Shown one piece after another: positions 55,601 to 64,000 of a DNA stretch of 64,000 bases. Every line of letters starts with the position of its first letter. Within the stretch, counting starts at the first letter, position 1. Origin of the DNA: an uncultured Anaerolineales bacterium. Its GTDB lineage: Bacteria > Planctomycetota > Phycisphaerae > FEN-1346. Location of the stretch: the NCBI GenBank assembly GCA_964461715.1, contig CAYWVR010000001.1, positions 80,784 through 144,783 of the forward strand, written 5' to 3'. Position numbers and translations under genes: made by a program. The notes under the pieces are model-generated. The model was not told where the DNA came from. It did not search any database and was given only the letters and a program-made list of their open reading frames with translations.

Positions 55601-56217
55601 TCCAGGGCCCGGAGAATCTCCACGTCCGAGGCCGCCAGCGCCGGGGCCGCGATCCGCTCGAGTTTCTCCCGCTGGTCGCGCACCAGGTCCGCGAGCACCG
55701 ACCGGAGCGTCCGCAGGTCGAAGTGCGCGAGGACGGTTTCGGCGTCCGGGTCGTCGGCGTCGAGAAGATTCTCGATCGTGACCGTGACGAGCCGGTCCAC
55801 CAGGAGGGCTGCCTCGGCCTCGTCCAGGAGGTCGAAGCCGGGATCGACGCCCGCCTCGATGGGGTACTGCCTCAGGAGCGACGCGCAGAACCCGTGGATC
55901 GTGTTGATGGGGGCGACGTCCACGTCCCAGTACCGCTCGAGCCAGCGTCCGAGCCTGACCGGGTCGCCGGCGCGGCGGGCCTGGTCGATGCGGTCCCGGC
56001 AGGCCTTGCGGATGCGGTCGCGCATCTCGGCGGCGGCGTTCTCGGTGAAAGTGATCGCCGCCAGCCGCTCCAGCGCCAGGTCCGGCATCTCGTCCAGGAA
56101 GCGGACGTACCGCTCCACCAGGACCCGCGTCTTGCCGCACCCCGCGCCGCTCGTGACGCAGGTGTTGCGGCGGAGGTCCTCGACGGCGGCGCGTTGATCG
56201 TCGGTGAGGGGGCTCAC
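52630..56217 (-). CDS. addA: ATP-dependent helicase/nuclease subunit A
   Basis: GAGCGKT, TFT, DELQD, VGDPKQSIYRFRGA, TIHKAKGLEF, YVATTRA, C-terminal VD...DHK nuclease; GTG 56217 coupled to the addB stop. Confidence 0.9.
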   Translation of the reverse strand: MSPLTDDQRAAVEDLRRNTCVTSGAGCGKTRVLVERYVRFLDEMPDLALERLAAITFTENAAAEMRDRIRKACRDRIDQARRAGDPVRLGRWLERYWDVDVAPINTIHGFCASLLRQYPIEAGVDPGFDLLDEAEAALLVDRLVTVTIENLLDADDPDAETVLAHFDLRTLRSVLADLVRDQREKLERIAAPALAASDVEILRALEAEVGEEIRRATDEALDSAAVADAARTVASLSGEVGDRMEETRAAVDDALRRLRTARTPEIAAEAVETICGANLRGGSAKKWPSKEALKEAKDAVGTLRDTFRKVRARFPPFDEAAERAHLAVARALDHTARVAIERYDVEKRRRSVLDFEDLQVLARDLLRRDRRVLDACRARFRAILVDELQDTNALQFEIVERLASKGGRGGAMRNGAFFGVGDPKQSIYRFRGAEVEVFDEARDRVGPDGRKPLVESWRLSAGLADLVNDLFSPLMGEAYEPIEGLQPPVNDPPAECLVITNPEDDEGWFRSEEGHLEEARALAARIQAAVSDGDVQVRDSNTETARPARWGDVAILFRRMSFLHLYEEALERQGVPYTVVSGGGFYKQQEVLDVLAALRVIDDPDDHLNLAGLLRSPFFAVSDEGLWRLGRAGPDLARALERAAEIKGLEEEDLRGAERAAARLAEWSALKDRLSLADLVDRVTFDSGYAAGAVGRFGGARAYANLRQMVELARRFEGEGLYALCDYIHYVTDFLRSEMRQEQASVEDPGGDTVRLMTIHKAKGLEFPIVVVPDLARSLQPPRDPVLLHPITGLAVRLRDEESDAAPSCALALARAADARAARAESLRLLYVATTRAKDYLILAGARIYNRSRAATWLEQVLAAFGAGRDEADAETPTGGNVKMVACGPVQETVRRDARRVGPRGIFEGGRVVWSALRARRESAPAGRIEETLARIAPLPRLAFPPARVTATDLNTYAACPRRYLWTRVLGVDTPAEPRPDPATGLTPAGRGKLLHRALELAGPSEEAVEAAVTGALREAPPAPPTVEDARRRAAEEALAAFRASDLGRRVAAARRTEREMPVLLALDATRVAGTVDLVFEDADGRWELVDHKSGRPSTEEDAAEGAERYRLQLGLYALALARWLGRPPAAWSVYFLDSAVTHRHSLATEDLKAVESEAREALRGMAAGRFEPGPRQACDRCRFQKVCGDKIQEP

Positions 56218-59200
56218 GCGTCGCCCTCCTCGTCGGTGCCGTCGGCCTCGCCGCCGAGGACCTCGAGCTCGGGGACCGGGTTCGCTTCCCACTTGCGGCG
56301 GATGCGCCACTCGGCGTAGCGGCAGATGTCGCGGAATGGGCAGAAAGCGCTGCACCCGTCGCGCGGATAGACGGGGAACGCCCCCCGGCGCATGGCGGCG
56401 ACAAAATTATGGATGTAGGTGAGGGACCGGTCAAGCTGCGCGCCGTCGCCCGTGAGGCAACCCACGGTGGACGGCTTTCGGATGGGCAGGAAGAAGGCCC
56501 GCACCTGGTCGGCCGGGCCGCCCACCAGCCACCGGGCCGCCCAGATGTAGACCGGGAGCTGGAAGCTGGCGCCCGCCTGCATCGCCGCGAAGCTGGGGGC
56601 GGCCGAGCCGGACTTGTAGTCGACGACCTGGATGCCCTCGCCGGAGACGGCCCGGTCGATCCGGTCGATCCGCCCGCGCAGGCGCAGGGGGCCGTGGGGC
56701 GTCTCGAGGATCAGAGGGTCGGCCGTGCCCGGCGGGCGGGCCGGCCCCGCGCCGCCGAAGGCGACCTCCGTGTGCGCGGGCCGCCACCCGCGCTGGGCCT
56801 TCGCTTGGACGTGCCAGTCGACGAGCCGCGCGAGGTCACGCCGGATGTTGGCCCGTGTCACCTTCCAGAGGGCGGGGGAGCCGACGTGGCCGGCCCGCTC
56901 GATCGCCTCAAAGTGGGCCGACGCCGTCTCCTCCAGCAGGGCCAGGGCCGCCTCCCGATCCTTCTCGGGCAGTTCGGCGTCGATCTCGGTCGAGGCCACG
57001 AGGGCGGCGACGAAGCGCTCGAGCACGGCGTGGTAGATCGTGCCGAGGTCGGGGGCCGAAAGGTCGCGCGTCGGTTCCTCCTGCGGCTCCAGGCCGAGGA
57101 CCGCCCCCGCGAGGTACGCGAACGGGCACCCGCCGTAGAGTTCGAGGCGGTGGGCGCTCAGCGTCTCGCGACCCGGGACGCGGGCGCAGAGGGCTTCGAG
57201 GATGTCCGGGGAGGCGAGTAGCCCGTCGAACCGGTCGAAGGCCTCGCCGTGCTCGCGTTGCCACTCGACGGCAAGCCCCGCTAGGGCGGCCCGCGCGGGG
57301 TCGCTCTTCGACGCCAGGGCCTCGATCGTCGCGAGCACGAGGTCCATCTGCGGCGTGGCCCCGGGCCCCCACGCTTCGTAGAGGGCCCGGGCTGTCAGCT
57401 CGCGCTGCGTCCGCACGCGAAGCGCGGGGAGGTCCAGGTCGCGGACCGGGGTCTCGATGCGCGGCAGGGCCGGCCCGTCGCCCTCGCCGGCAAAAAGGCC
57501 GTCGACCTGGTCGAGGTAATGACTTGCCAGCACCGGGCGGCCCCGGGCGTCGAGCGACGGGTACCCGAGGGTCAGCGTCCGCGTGGCGCGAGTGACGGCC
57601 ATGTAGAAATAGAGCATTTCCTGCTCGGCGTCGCGGCCCGCGTCCTGGAGGGCGACGCCTTGCGTGCGGAGCGCGGCTCGCTCGCCGTCGGTGAAGAAGG
57701 GCGGCCGCCGCGCGCGGCGCGGGAAGCTCCGCTCCGCGAGGCCCAACAGGAAGACATGCTCGAACGAGAGGGCCCGGCCCTGGACGACGTCGAGGACGAC
57801 GACGGGGGCGTCGGCGGGTTCCTCGGCCGGGACAGACTCCAAGTGCAGGCCGCGCGTCACCTCGGCGAGGAAGGTCTCCACGGTCACGTTGCCGGTCGCG
57901 GCGTCGGTGGCGATTTCCTCCAGGACGTCTTCGAAGGCGGCGAGGGCTTTGAGGTCGCGAGCCACGCGGGCGGGGTGGGTGTCGTCCGCGGCGGCGTCCC
58001 GGAGGCCGGCCTTTCGGACGATTTCGCGGAAGCGCGCGGCCAGTTTGGCGCGCGGCGCGCGGACGGGAAGCTCGATCTTCGCAAAGAGCGTCTCCAGCAG
58101 CGCCGCGGCCCGCTCGATCTGGGCGACCGTCCGGTCCACCTCGTCCTTCGGAGCGGGGAGGACGTCGGCGTCGGGGTCGCCCTCGGCCCGGCGGCGGACG
58201 CGGCTCGCGAGGGCCGCGAGGGCCCGGCCGTACCGGGCGCGTCCCTCCCAGACGCCCGCATCGCGTGCGTAGCGGACGGCGGCCCGGACGGTGGCCTTGT
58301 CGGCGCCGAAGGTCTCGGGCCGAAGGTACCCGCTCCTCGCGAGCCGTTCGAGGGCCCGGAAGGCGTAGTCCTCGGCCTGGAGCTGCACCAGGGCCATGGC
58401 CGCCCGCACCACGGGGCACGCCGCCAGCGACCGGCGATGCTCGACGCGGACGGGAATCCCGTAGCGCGGGAAGATCTCGCGCACCAGGGACGCGTACGGT
58501 TCGTGCGAGCGGACGAGAACGCCGATGGAGGCGCCGGGCGCGTTGCGCCGCAGGTCGACGATGCGGCGGGCGGTCTCCTCGACCTCGCGTGTGCGGCCGG
58601 CGGCCTGGAGGACGCGGATGGCCCCCGTGGGCGTCGGCAGGGGGCCCTTGGGGGACAACTCGAAGAGGTGCCGCCGCACGTGCTCGAGGTCTGGCGGCAG
58701 GTTCGCGACGGCGTCAAGTTCGATCTCTTCGAGGTGCTTCCCGAAGCGACTGCGAAGGGCGTCCCGCGTGCGGCCGGTGACGCCGAAGAGGCGCGGGCGG
58801 TCGGGCTGCCACGGGAGGGTGAGGATCGTCCGTTCGGCGCGGGAGGCGAGGGCTTCGAGCACGTCGAGCTGGGCCGGGAAGAAGTCCTGGAACCCGTCGA
58901 CGGCCAGCAGCGCGAGGTCGCCGAAGGGACCGAACTCCTCCGCCTGCACGAGGTCGGCGGCGTGCCAGAACTGCCCGGCCTCGTCGTAGACCTCCTCGGC
59001 GTGGAGGGCCTCCTGGTACGCCCGGTAGAGTCGGGCCATGAGCCGATGCCGCGGGGAGCCGAGGGGGCCGGTGAGGGCGCGGCCGAGGTTGTCCGGCTCG
59101 ACGCGGGCCTCCTTCAACTCGCGGAAGAGCCGGTCGAGCGCCTCGACGAGGCCGGGGGCCGTGCGCACGGGGCCCAGCAGGTCGGCGCTCTTTTCGTCGA

Positions 59201-59510
59201 GCCCGTCCAGGCACCCGCGGATGACCCGCCGCCGGGCGAGCTCCGAGATCCGGCGCACGGGCCGCGCGGCCGCCGCGAGGAGCCGGTCGGCCAGCTCCGG
59301 GAGCGTCAGGACCTGCGGCCGGACGAGGACGCCGTCGCCGGCGGCCGCGAGGAGGGCGTCCTCGGTGGTGCGGCGGCGTGCGCCGGTGGGGACGAGCAGC
59401 AGGCACCGGCCGGGCCGGTCGGGGTCGAGGGCATTCCGGTACGCCCGGCGCACGTGGGCTGCCTTCCCGCTTCGGGCGGGTCCGACGATCAGGGTGACGG
59501 GTGTGGCCAT
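56214..59510 (-). CDS. addB: ATP-dependent helicase/nuclease subunit B
   Basis: GPARSGKA, VDGFQDF, YMAVTRA, CPFAY, GRIDRID, DYKSG, FQLPVY, CSAFCPFRDIC. Confidence 0.9.
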   Translation of the reverse strand: MATPVTLIVGPARSGKAAHVRRAYRNALDPDRPGRCLLLVPTGARRRTTEDALLAAAGDGVLVRPQVLTLPELADRLLAAAARPVRRISELARRRVIRGCLDGLDEKSADLLGPVRTAPGLVEALDRLFRELKEARVEPDNLGRALTGPLGSPRHRLMARLYRAYQEALHAEEVYDEAGQFWHAADLVQAEEFGPFGDLALLAVDGFQDFFPAQLDVLEALASRAERTILTLPWQPDRPRLFGVTGRTRDALRSRFGKHLEEIELDAVANLPPDLEHVRRHLFELSPKGPLPTPTGAIRVLQAAGRTREVEETARRIVDLRRNAPGASIGVLVRSHEPYASLVREIFPRYGIPVRVEHRRSLAACPVVRAAMALVQLQAEDYAFRALERLARSGYLRPETFGADKATVRAAVRYARDAGVWEGRARYGRALAALASRVRRRAEGDPDADVLPAPKDEVDRTVAQIERAAALLETLFAKIELPVRAPRAKLAARFREIVRKAGLRDAAADDTHPARVARDLKALAAFEDVLEEIATDAATGNVTVETFLAEVTRGLHLESVPAEEPADAPVVVLDVVQGRALSFEHVFLLGLAERSFPRRARRPPFFTDGERAALRTQGVALQDAGRDAEQEMLYFYMAVTRATRTLTLGYPSLDARGRPVLASHYLDQVDGLFAGEGDGPALPRIETPVRDLDLPALRVRTQRELTARALYEAWGPGATPQMDLVLATIEALASKSDPARAALAGLAVEWQREHGEAFDRFDGLLASPDILEALCARVPGRETLSAHRLELYGGCPFAYLAGAVLGLEPQEEPTRDLSAPDLGTIYHAVLERFVAALVASTEIDAELPEKDREAALALLEETASAHFEAIERAGHVGSPALWKVTRANIRRDLARLVDWHVQAKAQRGWRPAHTEVAFGGAGPARPPGTADPLILETPHGPLRLRGRIDRIDRAVSGEGIQVVDYKSGSAAPSFAAMQAGASFQLPVYIWAARWLVGGPADQVRAFFLPIRKPSTVGCLTGDGAQLDRSLTYIHNFVAAMRRGAFPVYPRDGCSAFCPFRDICRYAEWRIRRKWEANPVPELEVLGGEADGTDEEGDA

Positions 59511-59519
59511 GGGCGCCCG

Positions 59520-59548
59520 AAGCTATCGCCCGCCCGGGGGCGTGTCAA
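59520..59548 (-). promoter_or_regulatory. Sigma70-type promoter for addBA
   Basis: TTGACA-17 bp-TAGCTT ending 9 nt before ATG 59510. Confidence 0.65.
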
Positions 59549-59564
59549 GCGGAGCCCTTTTCAC

Positions 59565-59593
59565 TTGCCGGTCGGGGCGGCTTTGGCCATAGT
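59565..59593 (+). promoter_or_regulatory. Sigma70-type promoter for the kinase-like/PgpA gene
   Basis: TTGCCG-17 bp-CATAGT. Confidence 0.5.
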
Positions 59594-59635
59594 ACGGCCC
59601 GCTTTCTCGCCGACAAGGATACCAGAGCCCGCACG

Positions 59636-62326
59636 ATGAGCACGGACTACTCATCCGAACTGTGCCGCCGCCTCGCCGACGTGGCCGAGGCTCAGGACCT
59701 GCTGCGCGCGCGGCGGGTGACGCGGCACGAGGCGGGCGAAGAGGTGGAGCTGGCGCTGACGGGCGTGGCCCCGGCGTGGAAGGCCCGGGCACGGTTTGCG
59801 CTGGAGAAGTACGTCGGCGGAGGGTTCGCCGGCCAAGTCTACCGGGCCCGGGCCCTCGAGGTGCGGGCAACGGGCCCCGGCACCCCCTCGATCGAGGTGG
59901 GCGGCACGTACGCCCTCAAGATGATGGTCCCGTGGTCGCGGTTCGGGCGTGCTTTCCGCGACACGATCTACTCGATCGGCTTGCAGGCCCCCTTCGGGCT
60001 CCAGGTCAACCCCGACGCGATCCGGGCGGCGGCCCTGTGGCAGAAGCTCCTTCGGCGCGGCGCCCGCGTGACGCTCGGCCAGGAGCGGGCCGTCGTCGAC
60101 GTCCATGCCACCTTCCACGACCCGGCCCTTCAGAGTATGGGCGAGGTGCTGGAGTGGGTGGACGGGCGGGTGTGGCGGCTGGAGGTCAACGACCGGCTGT
60201 TCGCGAAGGCCCCGCCCCCGGCCCGCGAGGTCGACCCGCTCGCCCCCGCCGGCGAGACGGAGTACGAGGCGAAGAAGGCGTTCATGCGGCAGATGGTGGA
60301 CCTCTTTCACGCGATGGGGGCCCCGGAGCTGGCGCGGCAGTACGAGTGGTGGACGATGAAGAGTCAGCCGAACGTTCTCAAGCGCTGCGAGGCCGAAGGC
60401 GACCCGGCGGCGGGGCTGGTGGCGGTGGACTTCGGGGCGGGCCTGGCGCTCTTGCCGTTCCTGCCGATGAGCCCGGGGGACGTGAAGCTGATCCTGAAGG
60501 GCCTCGCCCGGGGACGGATGGTCCAGTTCGACCGCGGGGACCTCGAACGCCTGCACGCCTTCGTGGCCGAGCACCCGCAGGAGTTCACGGACCTCGGCGG
60601 CGCGGTGGCCGAATTGACCCGCGTCGAGCGGGTGTATCATCGGAGCCAGCCGGATCTTGCGCACCACGGGCCGCGCCTCGTGACGGACCGGGCCCTCGGC
60701 GGGCAAATCGTCCGGGGGTTCGTGCGGGCGTATCGGACGCAGGGCAAGCTGGACCTGGCGAAGGCCGACCATTTCCGTCGGCGGTCGGGCCGGGCGCTCC
60801 TGTTCATCGCACTGGGCATCCTGCCGATCCTCGGGCCGTGGCTCCAGCGGCTCTGGGGCAACGCCGCGTACCGCCGGCACGTGGCGCGGCGGCTGACGAG
60901 CCGGGACTACTTCGTCCGGGCGCTTCGTGCGCGGCAGGCGGAAAAGCTCATCGACTGGCACCGCAAGGGTCGCGCCGGCGCCGAGCGGACGGAGCGGCTG
61001 CTGGAGCGCCGCGTGTTCTTCTGGGTCGAGGCGTTCACGCTGGGCCTTTTGCCGGCGGGGCTGCACCGGTTCCTCTCGGACCGACGGTTCGCGTGGGACG
61101 TGTTCCGGAGCCTGGCGCTGCGGCCGCTCAAGCTCCTGGTGGACGATACGTACCGGCGGGCGTGGCTGATGGAGATGGTCGAGGACGGGCACCGCGACGG
61201 GATGCTGCGGCGGGAGGAGGCGGACCGGATCCTTGCGCGCATCGACGAGCCCTACATCCAGAAGTACCTCAAGTGCCTGGCGGTCCACGTCTGCACGCTG
61301 CCGATTACGCAGGTCGTGTCGATGGTTGTGGCGGGGGTGTACATGGCGGTGACGGAGAGGCCGTGGTCGGAGGCGTGGGTGTGGGCGGTGGCGATCCTGG
61401 CGGCGTTCCAGATCACGCCCATCTCGCCGGGGAGCCTGACGCGAGGCGGGTACGTGGTGTGGGTGATGATCCGCGAGCGGAACTGGTTCGACTATCGCCT
61501 CGCCTCGGCCATCAGCTTCTGGAAGTACATCGGGTACCTGGGCTTCCCGATCCAGATGGCCTCGTCGTACCCGGTGCTTGCGCAGTTCATGGCCACGCGA
61601 TGGGCGACGGGGGCCGTGCGCATTGTCCCGGTGTTCGGTGAGCGGGGGGCCCTGCTGGAATACGGCATCTTCACGACGTTCTTCAACGTGCCCATCAGCT
61701 TGGGCCGCCGGTGGCGGGAATGGGCGGCGCGCCTCCGCGTTATGGGCGGGATCGGGTCGTGCGGCGGGATCGGGCGGCTGCCGGGGCCGACGGGCACGTA
61801 CGGTTCCTTCGCGGCGGCGGCGGTGCTCTTCGGGCTCTTTCATATCCCTTGCCCGTGGTGGCCGGTGTTCATCGCGCTCTTTCCGCTGACGGCGCTCGGC
61901 GTCGTCTCGGCCGGGGCTACCGAGGAACTCGTCGGTCGCAAGGACCCGAAGGTGTTCGTCCTCGACGAATGGATCGGGATGATGATCGCGGCCCTGGTGA
62001 CGTGGGCGCCGGGGTTCCTCGAGGGCATCGCGACGTTCCTCGCCGAACGCGGGGCGTTCGAGGGCGACCCGGCGGCGTGGGGGGCGATGGGGCGGGGGGC
62101 GTGGCTGGCGCACTTGGAGGCCCTGCCGGGCGACGCGTGGGCGTGGGCGAGCCTCGGGATCGCGTTCGTCTGGTTCCGCGTGTGCGACATCATCAAGCCG
62201 CCGCCCGTGCGCCAGGTGGAGCGGCTGCCGGGCGGGTGGGGGATCATGGCCGACGACGTGCTCGCCGGGGCGATGGCCCTGGCCCTCTCGATCGTGACCG
62301 TGCTCGCTCTGAACGCCTTCGTCTAG
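59636..62326 (+). CDS. Protein-kinase-like membrane protein fused to phosphatidylglycerophosphatase A
   Basis: GGGFAGQVYRA, ALK, EWVDG, KSQPNVL, VDFG in the N-terminal part; C-terminal PgpA motifs GTYGS, KDPKVFVLDE, FRVCDIIKP, GIMADDVLAG. Confidence 0.8.
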   Translation: MSTDYSSELCRRLADVAEAQDLLRARRVTRHEAGEEVELALTGVAPAWKARARFALEKYVGGGFAGQVYRARALEVRATGPGTPSIEVGGTYALKMMVPWSRFGRAFRDTIYSIGLQAPFGLQVNPDAIRAAALWQKLLRRGARVTLGQERAVVDVHATFHDPALQSMGEVLEWVDGRVWRLEVNDRLFAKAPPPAREVDPLAPAGETEYEAKKAFMRQMVDLFHAMGAPELARQYEWWTMKSQPNVLKRCEAEGDPAAGLVAVDFGAGLALLPFLPMSPGDVKLILKGLARGRMVQFDRGDLERLHAFVAEHPQEFTDLGGAVAELTRVERVYHRSQPDLAHHGPRLVTDRALGGQIVRGFVRAYRTQGKLDLAKADHFRRRSGRALLFIALGILPILGPWLQRLWGNAAYRRHVARRLTSRDYFVRALRARQAEKLIDWHRKGRAGAERTERLLERRVFFWVEAFTLGLLPAGLHRFLSDRRFAWDVFRSLALRPLKLLVDDTYRRAWLMEMVEDGHRDGMLRREEADRILARIDEPYIQKYLKCLAVHVCTLPITQVVSMVVAGVYMAVTERPWSEAWVWAVAILAAFQITPISPGSLTRGGYVVWVMIRERNWFDYRLASAISFWKYIGYLGFPIQMASSYPVLAQFMATRWATGAVRIVPVFGERGALLEYGIFTTFFNVPISLGRRWREWAARLRVMGGIGSCGGIGRLPGPTGTYGSFAAAAVLFGLFHIPCPWWPVFIALFPLTALGVVSAGATEELVGRKDPKVFVLDEWIGMMIAALVTWAPGFLEGIATFLAERGAFEGDPAAWGAMGRGAWLAHLEALPGDAWAWASLGIAFVWFRVCDIIKPPPVRQVERLPGGWGIMADDVLAGAMALALSIVTVLALNAFV

Positions 62327-62931
62327 TCGACCGGCGACTCCTCGTCGACGGGCATCTTCAGCAGCTGATACCCCCGCTTGATGTATACGAGGCCTGAGAG
62401 GCCCGTGAAGAGCGTCGTCGCCCAGATCGAGACCACGAGGCCCACCCAGACCCACCGGGGCGTGTCCTCGAGGTAGTGCCCGAGGTAGACGAGCGTCCAC
62501 GTGATCGCCACGCACTGGAGGAACATCTTGGCCTTGCCGCTCCAGGTGGCGGCGAACTCGACGCCGTGCGATTCGCTGAAGCTCCGCATTCCCGTCACCA
62601 GCAGTTCCCGGGCGATGATCAGGACGACCATCCACGCGGCCCAGGGCGTGTGCGTGCCCAGCGGCCCGACGAAATAGACGAGCGCCCCGCAAACGATGAT
62701 TTTGTCGACGAACGGGTCGGCGATCCGCCCGAATGCCGACACGTGCCCCAGCCGCCGCGCGAGGTACCCGTCCAGCAGGTCCGTGGCCACGCCCACCAGG
62801 AAGACCGCCGTGGCCGCGTCCAGGAGGGCTGAGGACGGTGCATCCGGGTCATGGAAGCCGACCACGATGAAGAAGGCGATGGCCATGAAGAACCGGGAGG
62901 TGGTCAACAGGTTCGGGACGTGTCGCGTCAC
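62323..62931 (-). CDS. pgsA: CDP-diacylglycerol--glycerol-3-phosphate 3-phosphatidyltransferase
   Basis: PNLLTTSR, TDLLDGYLARR, FGRIADPFVDK, IIARELLVTGMR, GKAK; GTG 62931. Confidence 0.93.
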   Translation of the reverse strand: MTRHVPNLLTTSRFFMAIAFFIVVGFHDPDAPSSALLDAATAVFLVGVATDLLDGYLARRLGHVSAFGRIADPFVDKIIVCGALVYFVGPLGTHTPWAAWMVVLIIARELLVTGMRSFSESHGVEFAATWSGKAKMFLQCVAITWTLVYLGHYLEDTPRWVWVGLVVSIWATTLFTGLSGLVYIKRGYQLLKMPVDEESPVD

Positions 62932-64000
62932 GGCGTCGCCTCTCCAGGGCCCTCGGTCTCGATCACCTCGCCCACCAGGTCGCGGCCCTGGTGGTCCGTG
63001 ATCCGCACGCGGGCCCGCGCCCCGACCGCGGCCGCCCCCGCGTCCAGGAGGACGACCGAGTCGACCTCCGGCGCCTGGCCCGCGTGCCGGGCGTCCAGTC
63101 GGCCGGCCTCGGCGCTCGGGCCGTCGACAAGGACGTCCATCTCCCGCCCGACCTGCGCCGCGGCCGCGTCCACGGCGAGCGCCTCGGCCCGCCGCATGAG
63201 CCGTTCCCACCGGGTCCGCCGGACCTCCGCCGGGACTTGGTCCGGCAGCTCGGCGGCCCGCGTTCCGGGTTCGCGACTATAGACGAAGACGCCCACGTGG
63301 TCAAAGCGAACTTTTTCCACGAACGCGACCAGGGCCGCGACGTCCGCCTCCGTCTCCCCGGGATAGCCTACGATGAAGCTCGTCCGGAGGGCCACGCGCG
63401 GCACGCGGCCGCGGAGGCGGTCGAGGAGGGTTTCGATCTCGGCCCGCGTCGTCCGCCGGCCCATGCCCCGCAGGATCGCGTCCGAGACGTGCTGGAGCGG
63501 CAGATCGACATACGGCACGAGCGGCAGCCCGCGGGCGAGGACGTCGAGGACGTCCTTCGAGAACGAGGCGGGATGTGTGTAGAGGAGCCGGAGCCACTCG
63601 GCCCCGCTTCGCTTGGCCAGGGCCTTGAGGAGCCGGGCGAGCGTCCATCCGTCCGCGAGGTCGCGCCCGTAGGCGGTCGTGTCCTGGCCGATGAGGATCA
63701 GCTCGCGGGCCCCGTCGGCGACCAGCTCCTTGGCCTCCGCCAGCACTTGCTCCGCGGGCTTCGAGCGCAAGGGCCCGCGGATCGACGGGATCGCGCAGTA
63801 TGCGCACCGGTTGTCGCAGCCCTCGCTGATGCGGAGGTACGCGTAGTGGCGCGGCGTCAGCCGGAGCCGCTCGCGGTCCTCGGGCGGGAAGGGGGGAAGC
63901 TCGTCGACCGCGACGATCGGCGGCGCCCCGGCCGCCCGCGCAAGCGCCTGGAGGCAGAGCTCTGCCATGCGGTCGCGGTCGGCCAGACCGACGACGGCGT
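62928..64000 (-). CDS. rimO: Ribosomal protein S12 methylthiotransferase (5' end outside the window)
   Basis: YAYLRISEGCDNRCAYCAIP, IGQDTTAYG, RLLYTHP, QAPEVD in the TRAM domain. Confidence 0.95.
   Translation of the reverse strand, partial: AVVGLADRDRMAELCLQALARAAGAPPIVAVDELPPFPPEDRERLRLTPRHYAYLRISEGCDNRCAYCAIPSIRGPLRSKPAEQVLAEAKELVADGARELILIGQDTTAYGRDLADGWTLARLLKALAKRSGAEWLRLLYTHPASFSKDVLDVLARGLPLVPYVDLPLQHVSDAILRGMGRRTTRAEIETLLDRLRGRVPRVALRTSFIVGYPGETEADVAALVAFVEKVRFDHVGVFVYSREPGTRAAELPDQVPAEVRRTRWERLMRRAEALAVDAAAAQVGREMDVLVDGPSAEAGRLDARHAGQAPEVDSVVLLDAGAAAVGARARVRITDHQGRDLVGEVIETEGPGEATP

Overview
GC-rich (roughly 70%) bacterial chromosomal window. The gene content (URO-D-family protein, FlgD/NHL protein, many TPR proteins, aroD-aroE fusion, AddAB) suggests a Planctomycetota/PVC-type genome, which is an inference. 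No rRNA, tRNA, CRISPR array, integrase or transposase was found. Bases 1-17.3 kb hold one tightly coupled minus-strand operon: three exported TPR proteins (587, 753 and about 2660 aa), a small cytoplasmic protein, ExbB/TolQ, two ExbD/TolR, a mini TolA/TonB-like protein, a membrane protein carrying a TonB-like S-x3-H helix and a DUF4159 domain, and a truncated membrane protein. No TonB-dependent receptor, TolB or Pal is in the window, and this operon is the best candidate for an undescribed proton-motive-force-driven envelope machine. Bases 17-33 kb are an accessory sugar-catabolism region with several gene remnants. Bases 33-64 kb are mostly housekeeping (aroDE, rpsT, def-fmt-DUF116-rsmB, surE, serA, addAB, pgsA, rimO). 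That part also has a UshA-like tetraheme lipoprotein, a frameshifted XRE-S24 repressor overlapped antisense by an M48 protease, and a kinase-like membrane protein fused to PgpA. Family assignments come from motif recognition by eye; no database search was run.
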